From Methanobacteriota archaeon (lineage in GTDB: Archaea; Halobacteriota; Methanomicrobia; Methanomicrobiales; Methanomicrobiaceae): 64,000 nucleotides of DNA. The first letter of the stretch is position 1; every line of letters starts with the position of its first letter. This document shows positions 39,352 to 48,707 of this stretch, one piece after another. The stretch spans positions 35,151-99,150 of the forward strand of contig JAENYT010000006.1 in the NCBI GenBank assembly GCA_016841665.1, written 5' to 3'. The notes beneath the pieces are model-generated. The model worked only from the letters and a program-made list of their open reading frames with translations, was not told the DNA's origin and did not search any database. The translations under genes were made by a program, and so were the position numbers.

Positions 39352-39562
39352 ACACACTGTGATGTGTCAGAAGACGCCGGCAGTGTTCCGGGTATGAAAA
39401 TCCCGGTGACGAGGCGGCCTGGAAACGCGTGTGGAAGTGTCCAGACACCCTGGTCTCGACCTTTGCCCCTTTCACGGCGCCGATGACCGTCGCGAAGAGG
39501 GGGAAGGAATTTGAGATCCGCAGGAGGCTGGATGAATGGTGGCATTGTCATGCAGGAACATG

Positions 39563-41128
39563 TCATTCCTCTATAACCGGAGCAAGGGTGAACCGTATGG
39601 CGAGACCTTCATCAGGCCGGCCGGGTATACGATCCTCCGCCCATATTCTGCCGCAGTAGCGCTCAACAAGCATGCGGGCGATTATCAGGCCAAGATTCCT
39701 TTTTGCGTCTTCATGCGAGAGAGCACGGGGGTGTGCGAACAGCTCCGGTTTATCTTCATCGGGAATGCCCGGGCCTGAGTCCTCCACCGAAACCCGGAGC
39801 ATCCCATCCTTGTCTTCTCCTACGTCGATGCTGATGTGCACATCTTTCTTTCTGGACAGTATCCTGTTCCTGATAATATGGGCAAACAGTTCCGCAAGGA
39901 GATCGTCTGCAAGCACGGTCAGGCCCGTATTTTGGACCGAGATGGTGGCGTAGGGAAATCGCTCCCTCATTGATCCGAATATGCCGTCCAGTTCGACTTC
40001 ATCAAATTCATCCGGTGAATCGGTCAATCTGCGGATGGTGGAGATATCATTCGTGATCTCGACCACTTCACGGATATCTTCATTCAGTTTTTCCGCATAG
40101 CACCCCGCGGCGCCATGCAGCAGTTCGGTGACGATTCTGGTGTGCTCCATCATGGAGTGCTCCAGGGATTTCATGTCCTGCCCAAGAAGATCGAAATAGC
40201 ATTGCTCCTCCAGATAGGCCTCCTCGAGCTGTTCCTGCAGCATTCCCCTGAGAATCGTACCGCCGATCTCCCTGCCGATCGATTCCAGGATTGTTTTCTC
40301 CCTCTCCGAGAAATGATGCCCTGTCCTCTGTCCGATGTAGAGCGCTCCCACCACGATTGAATCCGAAACGAGGGGAATCCCGGCGAAAGACAACGCATCG
40401 ACCTCTTCAAGGATACGGGTATCGAGCATCCCCGGGGGGCATTCCGGCAGGTTTTCTACATACCGGGGCTGGCATGCACAGAATACGAGGTTGTACGGCC
40501 AGTCACGAATGAATATCGAGGATTTTTCTTCGATAAATGATGCCGGGACGCCATAATTGGCCTTCATCGTTGCCGTTCGCCCGTCAGGCGATTTCAGGTA
40601 GATCCACCCCATATCACAATCCAGCAGATTGAGGGTGATTTTCAGGATCATCTCCAGCATTTCACCAAGAATGAGGGATGAATTCGCCACGCGGATGATC
40701 TCGTTGATAATTGAGAGCTGGTTATGCTGTTCGATAATTTCCTTCTGCGCCCTCCGCTGCTCCACCGCAAGCCTGATCTTATACGAAAGATCGGCAAATT
40801 GCGCTTCGGTATCCGTGCCCTTCCGGATATAGTAGTCAATACCGTTGTCCAGGGCCTCAATAACCACCTCTTCCCGCCCCTTCCCGGTGAAAAGAATGAA
40901 GGGGAAGGTGGGATCGAGGGCGCGAACCCCCTTGAGAAACTCGATCCCATCCATCCCGGGGATTTTGTAGTCGGAAACGACGGCATCATACTGCGCCGAT
41001 GCTAATGTTTCCAGCGCTTCTACGGCTGATTCAACCGTATCGACCTCGAACTCACCAGTCTTTTCGAGAAAAATTTTAGATACATCCAAGATCGATGGTT
41101 CGTCATCTACTATCAGAACACGAATCAT
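39563..41128 (-). CDS. hybrid sensor: receiver + GAF + histidine kinase
   Basis: Receiver: IRVLIVDDEPSIL...DAVVSDYKIPGMDG...LFTGKGRE...GIDYYIRKG. The central region is GAF-like. C-terminal ATPase blocks are VEDSGPGIPDEDK and LGLIIARMLVE. Confidence 0.85.
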   Translation of the reverse strand: MIRVLIVDDEPSILDVSKIFLEKTGEFEVDTVESAVEALETLASAQYDAVVSDYKIPGMDGIEFLKGVRALDPTFPFILFTGKGREEVVIEALDNGIDYYIRKGTDTEAQFADLSYKIRLAVEQRRAQKEIIEQHNQLSIINEIIRVANSSLILGEMLEMILKITLNLLDCDMGWIYLKSPDGRTATMKANYGVPASFIEEKSSIFIRDWPYNLVFCACQPRYVENLPECPPGMLDTRILEEVDALSFAGIPLVSDSIVVGALYIGQRTGHHFSEREKTILESIGREIGGTILRGMLQEQLEEAYLEEQCYFDLLGQDMKSLEHSMMEHTRIVTELLHGAAGCYAEKLNEDIREVVEITNDISTIRRLTDSPDEFDEVELDGIFGSMRERFPYATISVQNTGLTVLADDLLAELFAHIIRNRILSRKKDVHISIDVGEDKDGMLRVSVEDSGPGIPDEDKPELFAHPRALSHEDAKRNLGLIIARMLVERYCGRIWAEDRIPGRPDEGLAIRFTLAPVIEE

Positions 41129-41853
41129 TGTATCCTCCGGAGAGGGATTATTCCCCGTACATTTTTGATAGAGTCAGCATTATAATTGTTGCACCAATGA
41201 CTGCAACCACTACAATTCCATGCACCGAATGAAAGGGATCTCCGAATCATTCTCAGGATGTGGCGCTGCAACGCACCGTTTTGTGCAGGAATAAAAACAC
41301 ATTGTCATGCAGGACACTTCTCCTCGAACGCGCTGCACCGCGCACCAGACCCCGGCGTTTGCCTTTGATCGTCCGGCATCACCAGGTGCCGGGTGCGCGA
41401 AAATCTCTCACCACCCCCATCGATCTTCGTACATAGTTCACCGTCAGGACAACCACGATGTACATTGCAATACTGCACCAAATACGGGATTACAGCAGGA
41501 ATAACAGTTCGTGTACCGGTGCTTCAACAGGCAGGAACTCCAGTACCACCATCACGATTCCGAGAGTGAGGAGCAATACATGCAGGCCAACTGCGATTCT
41601 TCTACAATCATCTGATTTCATTCATATGCGTGGGATAGAGCGATATAAAAATATTATTCGGTTATTTATATATTATTTGCAGAAACACTCCATCACGCAC
41701 CGAATCCGCGCCGCCCCCGCGCATACGCACCCGGAGATGAGACGACGCGTGGCTTTTAATGAGAACACGGGGCAGGAGCCGCGGCACCGGTGGGTTGATG
41801 ACGACAGGTAAAACACACCCGAAATGGCAACTATTATCACGATCTTTTAAAAA

Positions 41854-42132
41854 ATGATGCCTATGGTACCGGTGCCCCGCGTGGTATTGAAGAAGTATCT
41901 CGTCGACGTGGGGCTGGGCATCTCGTTTTTCCTCTGCTTTTTCACCGGGATCCTCAAGCTCCCCGGATTGGTCCAGTTCTTCCATCGGGCTTCGATCGAC
42001 CTGCCTTCAGTCCAGATCACCCAGATCCACGACGCAAGCGGCGTGATATTCGGGGTCTTTGCACTGGTGCACCTCGCCCTAAACCGGAAATGGCTGGTAT
42101 CCGTCACCCGGAAACTGCTCGGGCGGGAGTGA
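41854..42132 (+). CDS. small membrane protein, DUF4405-like
   Basis: 92 aa with 2 TM. FLCFFTGILKLPG and ...IHDASGVIFGVFALVHLALNRKW match the DUF4405 pattern as I recall it. The start codon is uncertain because a TATA-like TTTTAAAAAA abuts the first ATG. Confidence 0.5.
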   Translation: MMPMVPVPRVVLKKYLVDVGLGISFFLCFFTGILKLPGLVQFFHRASIDLPSVQITQIHDASGVIFGVFALVHLALNRKWLVSVTRKLLGRE

Positions 42133-42269
42133 GCGGCGCACCCCTGCCTGCGCCCTCTTCCGGGCGGTGACACACGGCGCCCGTCTTTCGGTTGTGCTCT
42201 CTTTTCCGAATTATTTTTGGGCGAATCCAATACAACCGAGAAAGATTCGGGGCCGGTTCATTAGCACCG

Positions 42270-42284
42270 AATTGCAAATCAATT
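42270..42284. promoter_or_regulatory. perfect 5-5-5 palindrome AATTGcaaatCAATT upstream of feoA
   Basis: Seen directly, 16-30 nt upstream of the feoA ATG at 42300. It is a possible operator for the DtxR-type regulator encoded at the end of the locus. No consensus comparison was possible. Confidence 0.25.
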
Positions 42285-42299
42285 GTACAGAACACCAAC

Positions 42300-42518
42300 A
42301 TGCACCTCACAGAGTTGTCTTCGGGAGAGGCCGCCCGGATCATTGCCATCGAGGGCGGCCAGGGCCTTCGCCAGCAGCTGGCGCTGCGGGGACTCGCCGA
42401 AGGGCGGGTGGTTACCAGGATCTCCGGCGCATTCGGCCCGGTGGTCCTCAAAATCGACCACGACATCATCGTCATCGGCCGCGGAATGGCACAGAAAATC
42501 CGCATCACAAGGATATGA
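42300..42518 (+). CDS. feoA: FeoA family protein (copy 1)
   Basis: MHLTELSSGEAARIIAIEGGQGLRQQLALRGLAEGRVVTRI... is a typical FeoA SH3-like domain, 72 aa. Confidence 0.85.
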   Translation: MHLTELSSGEAARIIAIEGGQGLRQQLALRGLAEGRVVTRISGAFGPVVLKIDHDIIVIGRGMAQKIRITRI

Positions 42519-42748
42519 GCATGCAAAAACGATTATCTGAACTTGAATTTAGCGAATCAGGCACTGTCCGGGATATTTTCGCCTCCCGTCACGAGCTCAA
42601 CTGCCTGGGTGTCCGGGTACGCAAGCACCTGACCATGATCACCCGCCAGCCCATCAAGGGGCCAGTGGTCGTGGCGGTGGACGACATGGAGGTGGCGATG
42701 GGGCTGGAGACAGCACGATGCGTGATCGTCGAGGTCGACCGTCCCTAG
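42515..42748 (+). CDS. feoA: FeoA family protein (copy 2)
   Basis: MSMQKRLSELEFSESGTVRDIFASRHELNCLGVRVRKHLTMI... Its start overlaps the stop of copy 1 (ATGA). Confidence 0.8.
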   Translation: MSMQKRLSELEFSESGTVRDIFASRHELNCLGVRVRKHLTMITRQPIKGPVVVAVDDMEVAMGLETARCVIVEVDRP

Positions 42749-42761
42749 GGAGGAAGCAATC

Positions 42762-43370
42762 GTGGCAGCACACAACCACCGGTATACCATCCTGATGATG
42801 GGCAACCCCAACGTCGGGAAAAGCGCCCTCTTCAACCGGCTCACCGGAGCAAACGCCGTCGTGTCCAACTACCCCGGGACCACCGTCGACGTGACGAGGG
42901 GATTTTTGCGTAAAGAAAGGCTTGAGTACGAGATCATCGACGTTCCCGGCGCCTACTCGCTGGAAGCACGGGACGCCGCCGAGGAGGTTGCAGTCCGCAT
43001 CCTTGGCGGCCACCCCGATGCGGTGGTCATGGTGGTCCTCGATGCAACAAGGGTCGAGCGGGGACTCTACCTGGCGCTGGAGGTGATGGAACACGGCAAT
43101 CCGCTGTTCGTCGCCCTCAACATGATCGACGCTGCCCGGGAGCGGGAGGTTTCCGTGGATGTGGCAACCCTGCAGGAGATCCTCGGCGTCCCCGTGGTAC
43201 CGACATCGGCCGTCCGCGGCGAGGGAATGCTCGACCTGGTGGAGGCGGTGCACCGGGCGCAGCCGCCCGATATCGCCGCCATCGAGGCGCGGGCGTTCGG
43301 TGAGGTGAAATGCCCGGCGGGAGAAAGGCCCCTCAGCATTGCCGGAACCGCCGGAGGGGTGCCCGAATGA
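42762..43370 (+). CDS. feoB: FeoB N-terminal GTPase domain (separate polypeptide)
   Basis: G1 MMGNPNVGKSALFNRLTG, G2 region YPGTTV, G3 DVPGAYS, G4 ALNMID. 202 aa with a GTG start. Confidence 0.9.
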   Translation: MAAHNHRYTILMMGNPNVGKSALFNRLTGANAVVSNYPGTTVDVTRGFLRKERLEYEIIDVPGAYSLEARDAAEEVAVRILGGHPDAVVMVVLDATRVERGLYLALEVMEHGNPLFVALNMIDAAREREVSVDVATLQEILGVPVVPTSAVRGEGMLDLVEAVHRAQPPDIAAIEARAFGEVKCPAGERPLSIAGTAGGVPE

Positions 43371-44581
43371 GTATTTCCCCATCCCGGCGCTGGGAGCTCG
43401 TCGACTGCATCGCCCGCCGGACAGTCAGCGCCGGCGCCTGCCGCCCGACCCTCGGCGGGGTGCTCGGCGAGCTCACCGTAAAACCGCTCACCGGCATTCC
43501 CACCGCACTGGCGGTGCTCTACGCCTTCTGGAGCGTCTTCGGATCCTTTGCCGGCGCCCTCGTCACCGACGGGTTCATGGTCAGGATTTTTGACGGCTAC
43601 TGGCTCCCCTGGATGCAGGCGGTCTGGCCTGACCCGGGGAGCGTGCACTACTTTCTCTTTGTGGGCGATCCGGCGGCAGAGACCTGCTTCGAGGCCTTCG
43701 GCATGCTGACCTCCGGGCTGTTCGTCTCCTTCGGCGTGGTGCTGCCGGCGATCCTTGTCTTCTACCTGATGATGACGTTGCTCGAGGACTCCGGCTACCT
43801 CCCCCGCCTCGCGGTGCTGATGGATACCCTGCTGCACAAGATCGGGCTGCACGGCTATGCGATCGTCCCGGCGATTCTGGGGCTGGGCTGCAACGTGCCC
43901 GCGGTGACGGCCACCCGCACCCTGGAGACCAGAAAGCAGCGGTTTATCATGATGACATTGCTCGCCCTCTTCATCCCCTGCGGTGCACAGCTGGGCATCA
44001 TGCTGCAGGCGGTCCCCGATACGGTGGGATGGGTGCTCCTCTACCTGCTGATCGGGTTCGTGGTCTTCGGGTTCGCGTTGAGCAGGGTGATCCCGGGGAG
44101 CAACCCGGAGATTTTGATCGACGTCCCGCCCTACCGCTGGCCGCAGCGAACGAACGTGGCGAAAAAACTCTGGAACAAGACAAGGGGCTTTCTCACCAAT
44201 GCCGTACCCTTCGTGATGCTCGGCATTCTCATCGTCAACGTCCTCTACCTGACCGGGTTCATCGGATGGCTCGCCGACCTCGCAGCGCCGCTCTTCGTCA
44301 CCTGGTTCGGGGTGCCCAAAGAGACGGTGGGCCCGCTTCTCGCCGCATTCCTGCGAAAAGACCTCGCCGTGGCCCAGCTCTCCACCATTCCCATGACCCC
44401 TTACCAGATGATCACCGCCGTGGTGCTCATCTCCATCTACTTCCCCTGCGTGGCGACCTTCGCCATGATGGTGCGGGAGGGGCCCCGGCAGCTGCTGGCG
44501 GCGATGGGGGTGCTGGCGGTGGTGGTGATGATCTACGGCGGCCTGATCCATGCCGTCGGCATCCTGCTAGGGGTGGCCTGA
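43367..44581 (+). CDS. feoB: FeoB C-terminal membrane (nucleoside-recognition / gate) domain
   Basis: The ATG at 43367 overlaps the TGA of the G-domain ORF (ATGA). About 8 TM. FeoB permease blocks: YLPRLAVLMDTLLHKIGLHGYAIVPAILGLGCNVPAV, FIPCGAQ and YFPCVATFAMM. Confidence 0.85.
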   Translation: MSISPSRRWELVDCIARRTVSAGACRPTLGGVLGELTVKPLTGIPTALAVLYAFWSVFGSFAGALVTDGFMVRIFDGYWLPWMQAVWPDPGSVHYFLFVGDPAAETCFEAFGMLTSGLFVSFGVVLPAILVFYLMMTLLEDSGYLPRLAVLMDTLLHKIGLHGYAIVPAILGLGCNVPAVTATRTLETRKQRFIMMTLLALFIPCGAQLGIMLQAVPDTVGWVLLYLLIGFVVFGFALSRVIPGSNPEILIDVPPYRWPQRTNVAKKLWNKTRGFLTNAVPFVMLGILIVNVLYLTGFIGWLADLAAPLFVTWFGVPKETVGPLLAAFLRKDLAVAQLSTIPMTPYQMITAVVLISIYFPCVATFAMMVREGPRQLLAAMGVLAVVVMIYGGLIHAVGILLGVA

Positions 44582-45085
44582 ATGAAGACGTGCGGCAGGG
44601 GAGCGGAGATCTTCGCCACGGCCCTGGGGGTGGTGGCGATGGCATGCGGCGCGGCGAACATCCTGGTATGGGCCGGGCTATACGACGGCATCGAAATCGG
44701 GATCCTGGCCATCGGCGGCACCGATTTCTTCCGCTGGGTGTGGGGCAGCCTGGTCGTGGCCTTCGGCGGCGTCATGATGCTCAGCGGAGCACGGAACATG
44801 CACACCGTTTCGAGTTACGGAAAAGTGCTCCTCGGGACCGTCATGGTCTGGATCGTTGCGGTGACCGACATCCTCGCCCTCATCTGCGAGAGCATTCCCG
44901 CGGGGGACGGGCCGCAGTTCTTCAACTCGGCCGCCGGGTTCATCGGGGCCTTCGCACCGCCCTACCCGCCGGCGGTAGTCCTGCTGCCGTTCACGCTGGC
45001 GATCGCCTGCTTCCTCTACGCCGGGAGGGGGTTGACGAAGGTTTATGAGGAAACCGGTCAGGCAGGCGATGCGAACCACTTTTGA
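44582..45085 (+). CDS. hypothetical 4-TM membrane protein co-oriented with feoB
   Basis: The ATG directly follows the feoB stop (TGAATG). 167 aa with four hydrophobic segments. No motif recognised. Confidence 0.55.
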   Translation: MKTCGRGAEIFATALGVVAMACGAANILVWAGLYDGIEIGILAIGGTDFFRWVWGSLVVAFGGVMMLSGARNMHTVSSYGKVLLGTVMVWIVAVTDILALICESIPAGDGPQFFNSAAGFIGAFAPPYPPAVVLLPFTLAIACFLYAGRGLTKVYEETGQAGDANHF

Positions 45086-45091
45086 TGGACC

Positions 45092-45556
45092 ATGCACAAC
45101 GGATATGCAGTGAACGAACTCAGCAGAACCGCGGAAGACTACCTCGAGGCCATCCTCAACATCACGCAGCAAAAGGGATATGCCCGCACCAAGGACGTGG
45201 CATGCGAACTCGACCTGTCCCCCTCGAGCGTCGTCGAGATGTTTCGCAAACTTGACAGGATGGGGCTCATCGAGTACCGGCGGTACGAGGGCGTGATCCT
45301 CAAACCGGCGGGCCGCGAGATCGCCGAGGCCATCAAGTTCCGCCACGACACCCTGAAGGAGTTTTTGCTCAGGATCAGGGTTCCCGAAGAGATCGCGGAC
45401 AATGATGCGTGCTTTATGGAGCACGAGCTCCACCCGGAGACCGTCCGGCAGATCAGGGTGCTGATCGAGGTGCTGCGAAACGATCCGGACCTCTGCGACA
45501 GGATCCAGAAGAGCATGGCCACCAAGAACCAGGAGAACACCATCCCAAAGGCCTGA
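45092..45556 (+). CDS. metal-dependent transcriptional regulator, DtxR/MntR/IdeR family
   Basis: N-terminal wHTH TAEDYLEAILNITQQKGYARTKDVACELDLSPSSVVEMFRKLDRMGLIEY, then the dimerisation/metal-site region GREIAEAIKFRHDTLKEFL...MEHELHPET. Confidence 0.85.
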   Translation: MHNGYAVNELSRTAEDYLEAILNITQQKGYARTKDVACELDLSPSSVVEMFRKLDRMGLIEYRRYEGVILKPAGREIAEAIKFRHDTLKEFLLRIRVPEEIADNDACFMEHELHPETVRQIRVLIEVLRNDPDLCDRIQKSMATKNQENTIPKA

Positions 45557-45820
45557 GACAGGCACAACCACCACAGCAGCGCACCTTCTGGTGCACCAGC
45601 AATCACGGAGCCGGAACGACAGGGCATATCGTGATCAGGAGGGTACGTTTAAATAAGGTCAGCTACCTTTCTCGTTCAGATTCATCCGGATATCGGCCAT
45701 GAGCACTGCCCGGCGTCATGCACCCATAAAGCCACCAGCCATCTGTTGCAGTATGAGCGTACCACCATTCAATCTCGAAATATTCCGGATGTTTCTGGAA
45801 TTTTCAGGAGTGGAGAAAAA

Positions 45821-46558
45821 ATGGTGCAAAACGCGATGAGAGCGTACCTCACCGAGCTGATCGGGACGTTCGCCCTGGTGCTGATCGGGGTCGGGAGTGC
45901 TGTGCTCGCCGGGGATGCGATGGGAGATCTGGGGATCGCACTGGCCTTCGGCCTGGTGCAGCTGGCGATGGTCTACGCCATCGGGGCGATTTCGGGCAGC
46001 CATATAAATCCGGCGGTCAGCGTGGGAATGCTCGTCTCGGGACGGATAGGGGGCAGAGACGCCCTCGCCTACATCATCGTCCAGTGCATCGGGGCGATCC
46101 TCGCCGCCGGGGTGATCCTCGCCATTGCCACCGGCAACCCAGCCTACTCGCTTGCGGCGGACGGGCTGGGCCAGAACGGATTCGGTGCCGCGTCACCGGC
46201 CGGGTTTTCGATGCAGGCGGCTTTCATCTCCGAAGTGGTGATGACCGCTCTGTTCGTCTTTGTGATACTGGCCGCCACTGGCAGGGAGGCGCAAAAAGGG
46301 TTTGCCGGTCTTGCCATCGGGCTGACGCTGGGGATGATCCACATCGCCACGATCCCGGTGGACGGCACCTCGGTCAACCCCGCGCGGAGCCTCGGCCCGG
46401 CGGTGTTTGCGGGAGGTGAGGCACTCTCCCAGCTCTGGCTCTTCTGGGCTGCCCCGATCCTCGGGGCCATCCTGGGGGCCATCATCTGGCGCTACCTGCT
46501 CGAAGTCCCGCAGGTTGAGCCGGCGGAGGCGAGAGAGAGGGCAGCCGCCCACGCCTGA
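45821..46558 (+). CDS. aqpM: aquaporin (MIP family, AqpM-like)
   Basis: Two NPA boxes: SGSHINPAVSVG and DGTSVNPARSLGPAV. Six TM. GGAGTGGAG lies upstream of the ATG at 45821. Confidence 0.9.
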   Translation: MVQNAMRAYLTELIGTFALVLIGVGSAVLAGDAMGDLGIALAFGLVQLAMVYAIGAISGSHINPAVSVGMLVSGRIGGRDALAYIIVQCIGAILAAGVILAIATGNPAYSLAADGLGQNGFGAASPAGFSMQAAFISEVVMTALFVFVILAATGREAQKGFAGLAIGLTLGMIHIATIPVDGTSVNPARSLGPAVFAGGEALSQLWLFWAAPILGAILGAIIWRYLLEVPQVEPAEARERAAAHA

Positions 46559-46693
46559 ATATTCAAAAACATCATCTTTTTTCAGGATTGGCTCCGTCAG
46601 GAAGCGTGAGAGTCCACCGGATTGCGATCAATACCTTTTTCATACTAAACACACAAATATGAATTGTTTGATTAATATGAAACGGGGCCGATC

Positions 46694-47308
46694 ATGTTCT
46701 CTGACCAGCACCAGAGGACCGCACGCACGACCGGGGCAGGTGAACGTATGCCCGGTATCTGTTTCCGGATGATGTCGGCAATGTTCTGGCTCCGTGACCG
46801 CATCAGGCCTCCCGACCTGATCCTCAACAGCATGGGGATTCACGAAGGGATGACCGTCGTGGACTACGGTTGCGGCCCGGGGAGCTACCTCAAGAGGGCA
46901 TCGGAGCTCGTCGGTGATGCCGGCACGGTCTATGCGGTGGACATCCACGAGCTCGCCATCGCCTCGGTCTCAAAGCGCATCAGCAGGGAGGAACTCGGGA
47001 ATGTCATCCCCGTCCTTGCGAGGGGCTACGAATCCGGCCTTGGGGCCGAGACGGCCGATCTCGTCTATGCCCTCGACATGTTCCATATGGTCGAGGATCC
47101 CCATGCGTTCCTGACAGAACTCCGGCGGATTGCAAAGCCGGATGCCACCCTGATTATCGACGACGGGCACCAGCCGCGGGAGAGGACACGCAGCCTCATC
47201 CAGCGATCGACATGTTGGGTGATCGAGGAGGAGAAGCCTGAGTTCCTGCGCTGCCGGCCCGCACAGGGAAACTCCCCTGAAAAGTGCCCGGCTGTATCGT
47301 CGGAATAA
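46694..47308 (+). CDS. class I SAM-dependent methyltransferase
   Basis: Motif I VVDYGCGPGSY, then VYAVDIHE and ADLVYALDMFHMV. The start is uncertain (alternative ATG at 46748). Confidence 0.7.
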   Translation: MFSDQHQRTARTTGAGERMPGICFRMMSAMFWLRDRIRPPDLILNSMGIHEGMTVVDYGCGPGSYLKRASELVGDAGTVYAVDIHELAIASVSKRISREELGNVIPVLARGYESGLGAETADLVYALDMFHMVEDPHAFLTELRRIAKPDATLIIDDGHQPRERTRSLIQRSTCWVIEEEKPEFLRCRPAQGNSPEKCPAVSSE

Positions 47309-47363
47309 CGGAAATCGCGCATTGCAGTCGAACAAACCATTACATGAATGAGGTAACCCACGT

Positions 47364-47615
47364 ATGTTCCATAACCACCACCCCCATGACGAGAAAAAGC
47401 ACATCTTCGGCACCGTCAAGGTCGGCGAACGCGGCCAGATCGTCATCCCCAAAGACGCCAGAGAACTCTTCGATATCAAACCGGGCGACACGCTGATGGT
47501 CCTCGGTGACGAAAATCACGGCATCGCCATCGTCAAAGCGGACAAGTTTCGCCAGATCGCTATGAAAATGCTGCAGATGTTCGAACAGGCGCCGGAGGAA
47601 CCGCCGGAGGAGTGA
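47364..47615 (+). CDS. AbrB/MazE/SpoVT-family DNA-binding protein
   Basis: Swapped-hairpin motif GTVKVGERGQIVIPKDARELFDIKPGDTLMVLGD. 83 aa with a His-rich N-terminus (MFHNHHPHDEKKH). Confidence 0.75.
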   Translation: MFHNHHPHDEKKHIFGTVKVGERGQIVIPKDARELFDIKPGDTLMVLGDENHGIAIVKADKFRQIAMKMLQMFEQAPEEPPEE

Positions 47616-47721
47616 GATCATGGGGGCATACCGGTGCGCACTTCCCGCCCGGAACGCCACCGCGGATTCCTCGCCGCACTCGACCATCCACAGTCCACAC
47701 AATACTCAAGGAATACTACCT

Positions 47722-48705
47722 ATGCCCGCAATATCTGCAGAGAACCTGACAAAGAACTTCGACGATTTCGTCGCCGTGGACAGCATCTCCTTCGCGATCG
47801 ACGAAGGGGAGATCTTCGGCCTGCTCGGCCCCAACGGGGCGGGCAAGACGACCACCATCTCCATGCTCTCCACCATGCTCAAACCCACCGCCGGGAAGGC
47901 GACAGTCAACGGATGCGACATCCTCGACCAGGAGGACGGGGTGCGCAAATCCATCGGCATCGTCTTCCAGGACCAGAGCCTGGACGAAGAACTGACCGCC
48001 TACGAGAACATGGACTTCCATGGCCGCCTCTACCGCATCCCCGGCGAGCAGCGGAAGGAGAAGATCGGCGAACTGCTCGCCCTCGTGGGGCTTGAAGACC
48101 GCCGGCACGACCTGGTGAAGACCTACTCCGGGGGAATGCGGCGTCGCCTGGAGATCGCCCGGGGGCTGCTCCACGAGCCAAAAGTGCTCTTCCTGGACGA
48201 GCCCACGCTCGGCCTCGATCCGCAGACCAGAAACCACCTCTGGGAGTACATCGAGCGGCTGAACAGGGAGAAGGGCATCACCATCATCCTCACCACCCAC
48301 TATATGGACGAGGCCGACCGCCTCTGCGACCGGGTGGCGATCATCGACCACGGCACCATCATCGCTATGGACACCTCGCAGGCGCTCAAAAACCAGATCG
48401 GCGGTGACGTGGTTATTGTCGAATCACCCGACCCCGATGCGGCCGCCGATGTCCTCAACGCCCCGTGGGTCGCGAACATCGAGCGCCGGGACGGGTCGGT
48501 CGTCCTCTCCATGCAGGACGCCGAGCACCACATCCCGGAAATCGTGACCGATCTTCACCGGCACGACATCGCCATCACTTCTCTCTCCGTCCACAATCCG
48601 ACGCTCGAAGATGTATTCCTGCACTTCACCGGCCGGTCCATCCGGGAGGAGACGGCCTCGGGAATGGAGACGATGCGGATGTTCCACCAGCGGATGAGGC
48701 GGTAG
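47722..48705 (+). CDS. ABC transporter ATP-binding protein (DrrA/ABC-2 type)
   Basis: Walker A GPNGAGKTT, Q-loop, signature YSGGMRRRLEIA, Walker B LFLDEPTLGLD, H-loop TTHYMDEA. I prefer the ATG at 47722. Confidence 0.9.
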   Translation: MPAISAENLTKNFDDFVAVDSISFAIDEGEIFGLLGPNGAGKTTTISMLSTMLKPTAGKATVNGCDILDQEDGVRKSIGIVFQDQSLDEELTAYENMDFHGRLYRIPGEQRKEKIGELLALVGLEDRRHDLVKTYSGGMRRRLEIARGLLHEPKVLFLDEPTLGLDPQTRNHLWEYIERLNREKGITIILTTHYMDEADRLCDRVAIIDHGTIIAMDTSQALKNQIGGDVVIVESPDPDAAADVLNAPWVANIERRDGSVVLSMQDAEHHIPEIVTDLHRHDIAITSLSVHNPTLEDVFLHFTGRSIREETASGMETMRMFHQRMRR

Positions 48706-48707
48706 GC

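Noticed and set aside
38614-39357. 247-aa Asp/Glu/His-rich minus ORF
   Set aside because: Antisense to the TM-helix-repeat membrane protein. Its acidic low complexity is the mirror of Ile/Leu/Ile-rich codons.
43310-43370. Possibility that the split FeoB is merely a sequencing frameshift
   Set aside because: Not fully rejected. The ATGA stop-start overlap, the non-overlapping domain content and my recollection of separately annotated G-domain and nucleoside-recognition-domain genes in methanogens all favour a genuine split. It is flagged for read-level checking in the findings.
43067-44551. 494-aa minus-strand ORF, plus the 339-aa + ORF 44029..45048
   Set aside because: Both overlap the FeoB permease and the following membrane gene in other frames. 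Their translations are extreme His/Arg/Gly/Pro low complexity.
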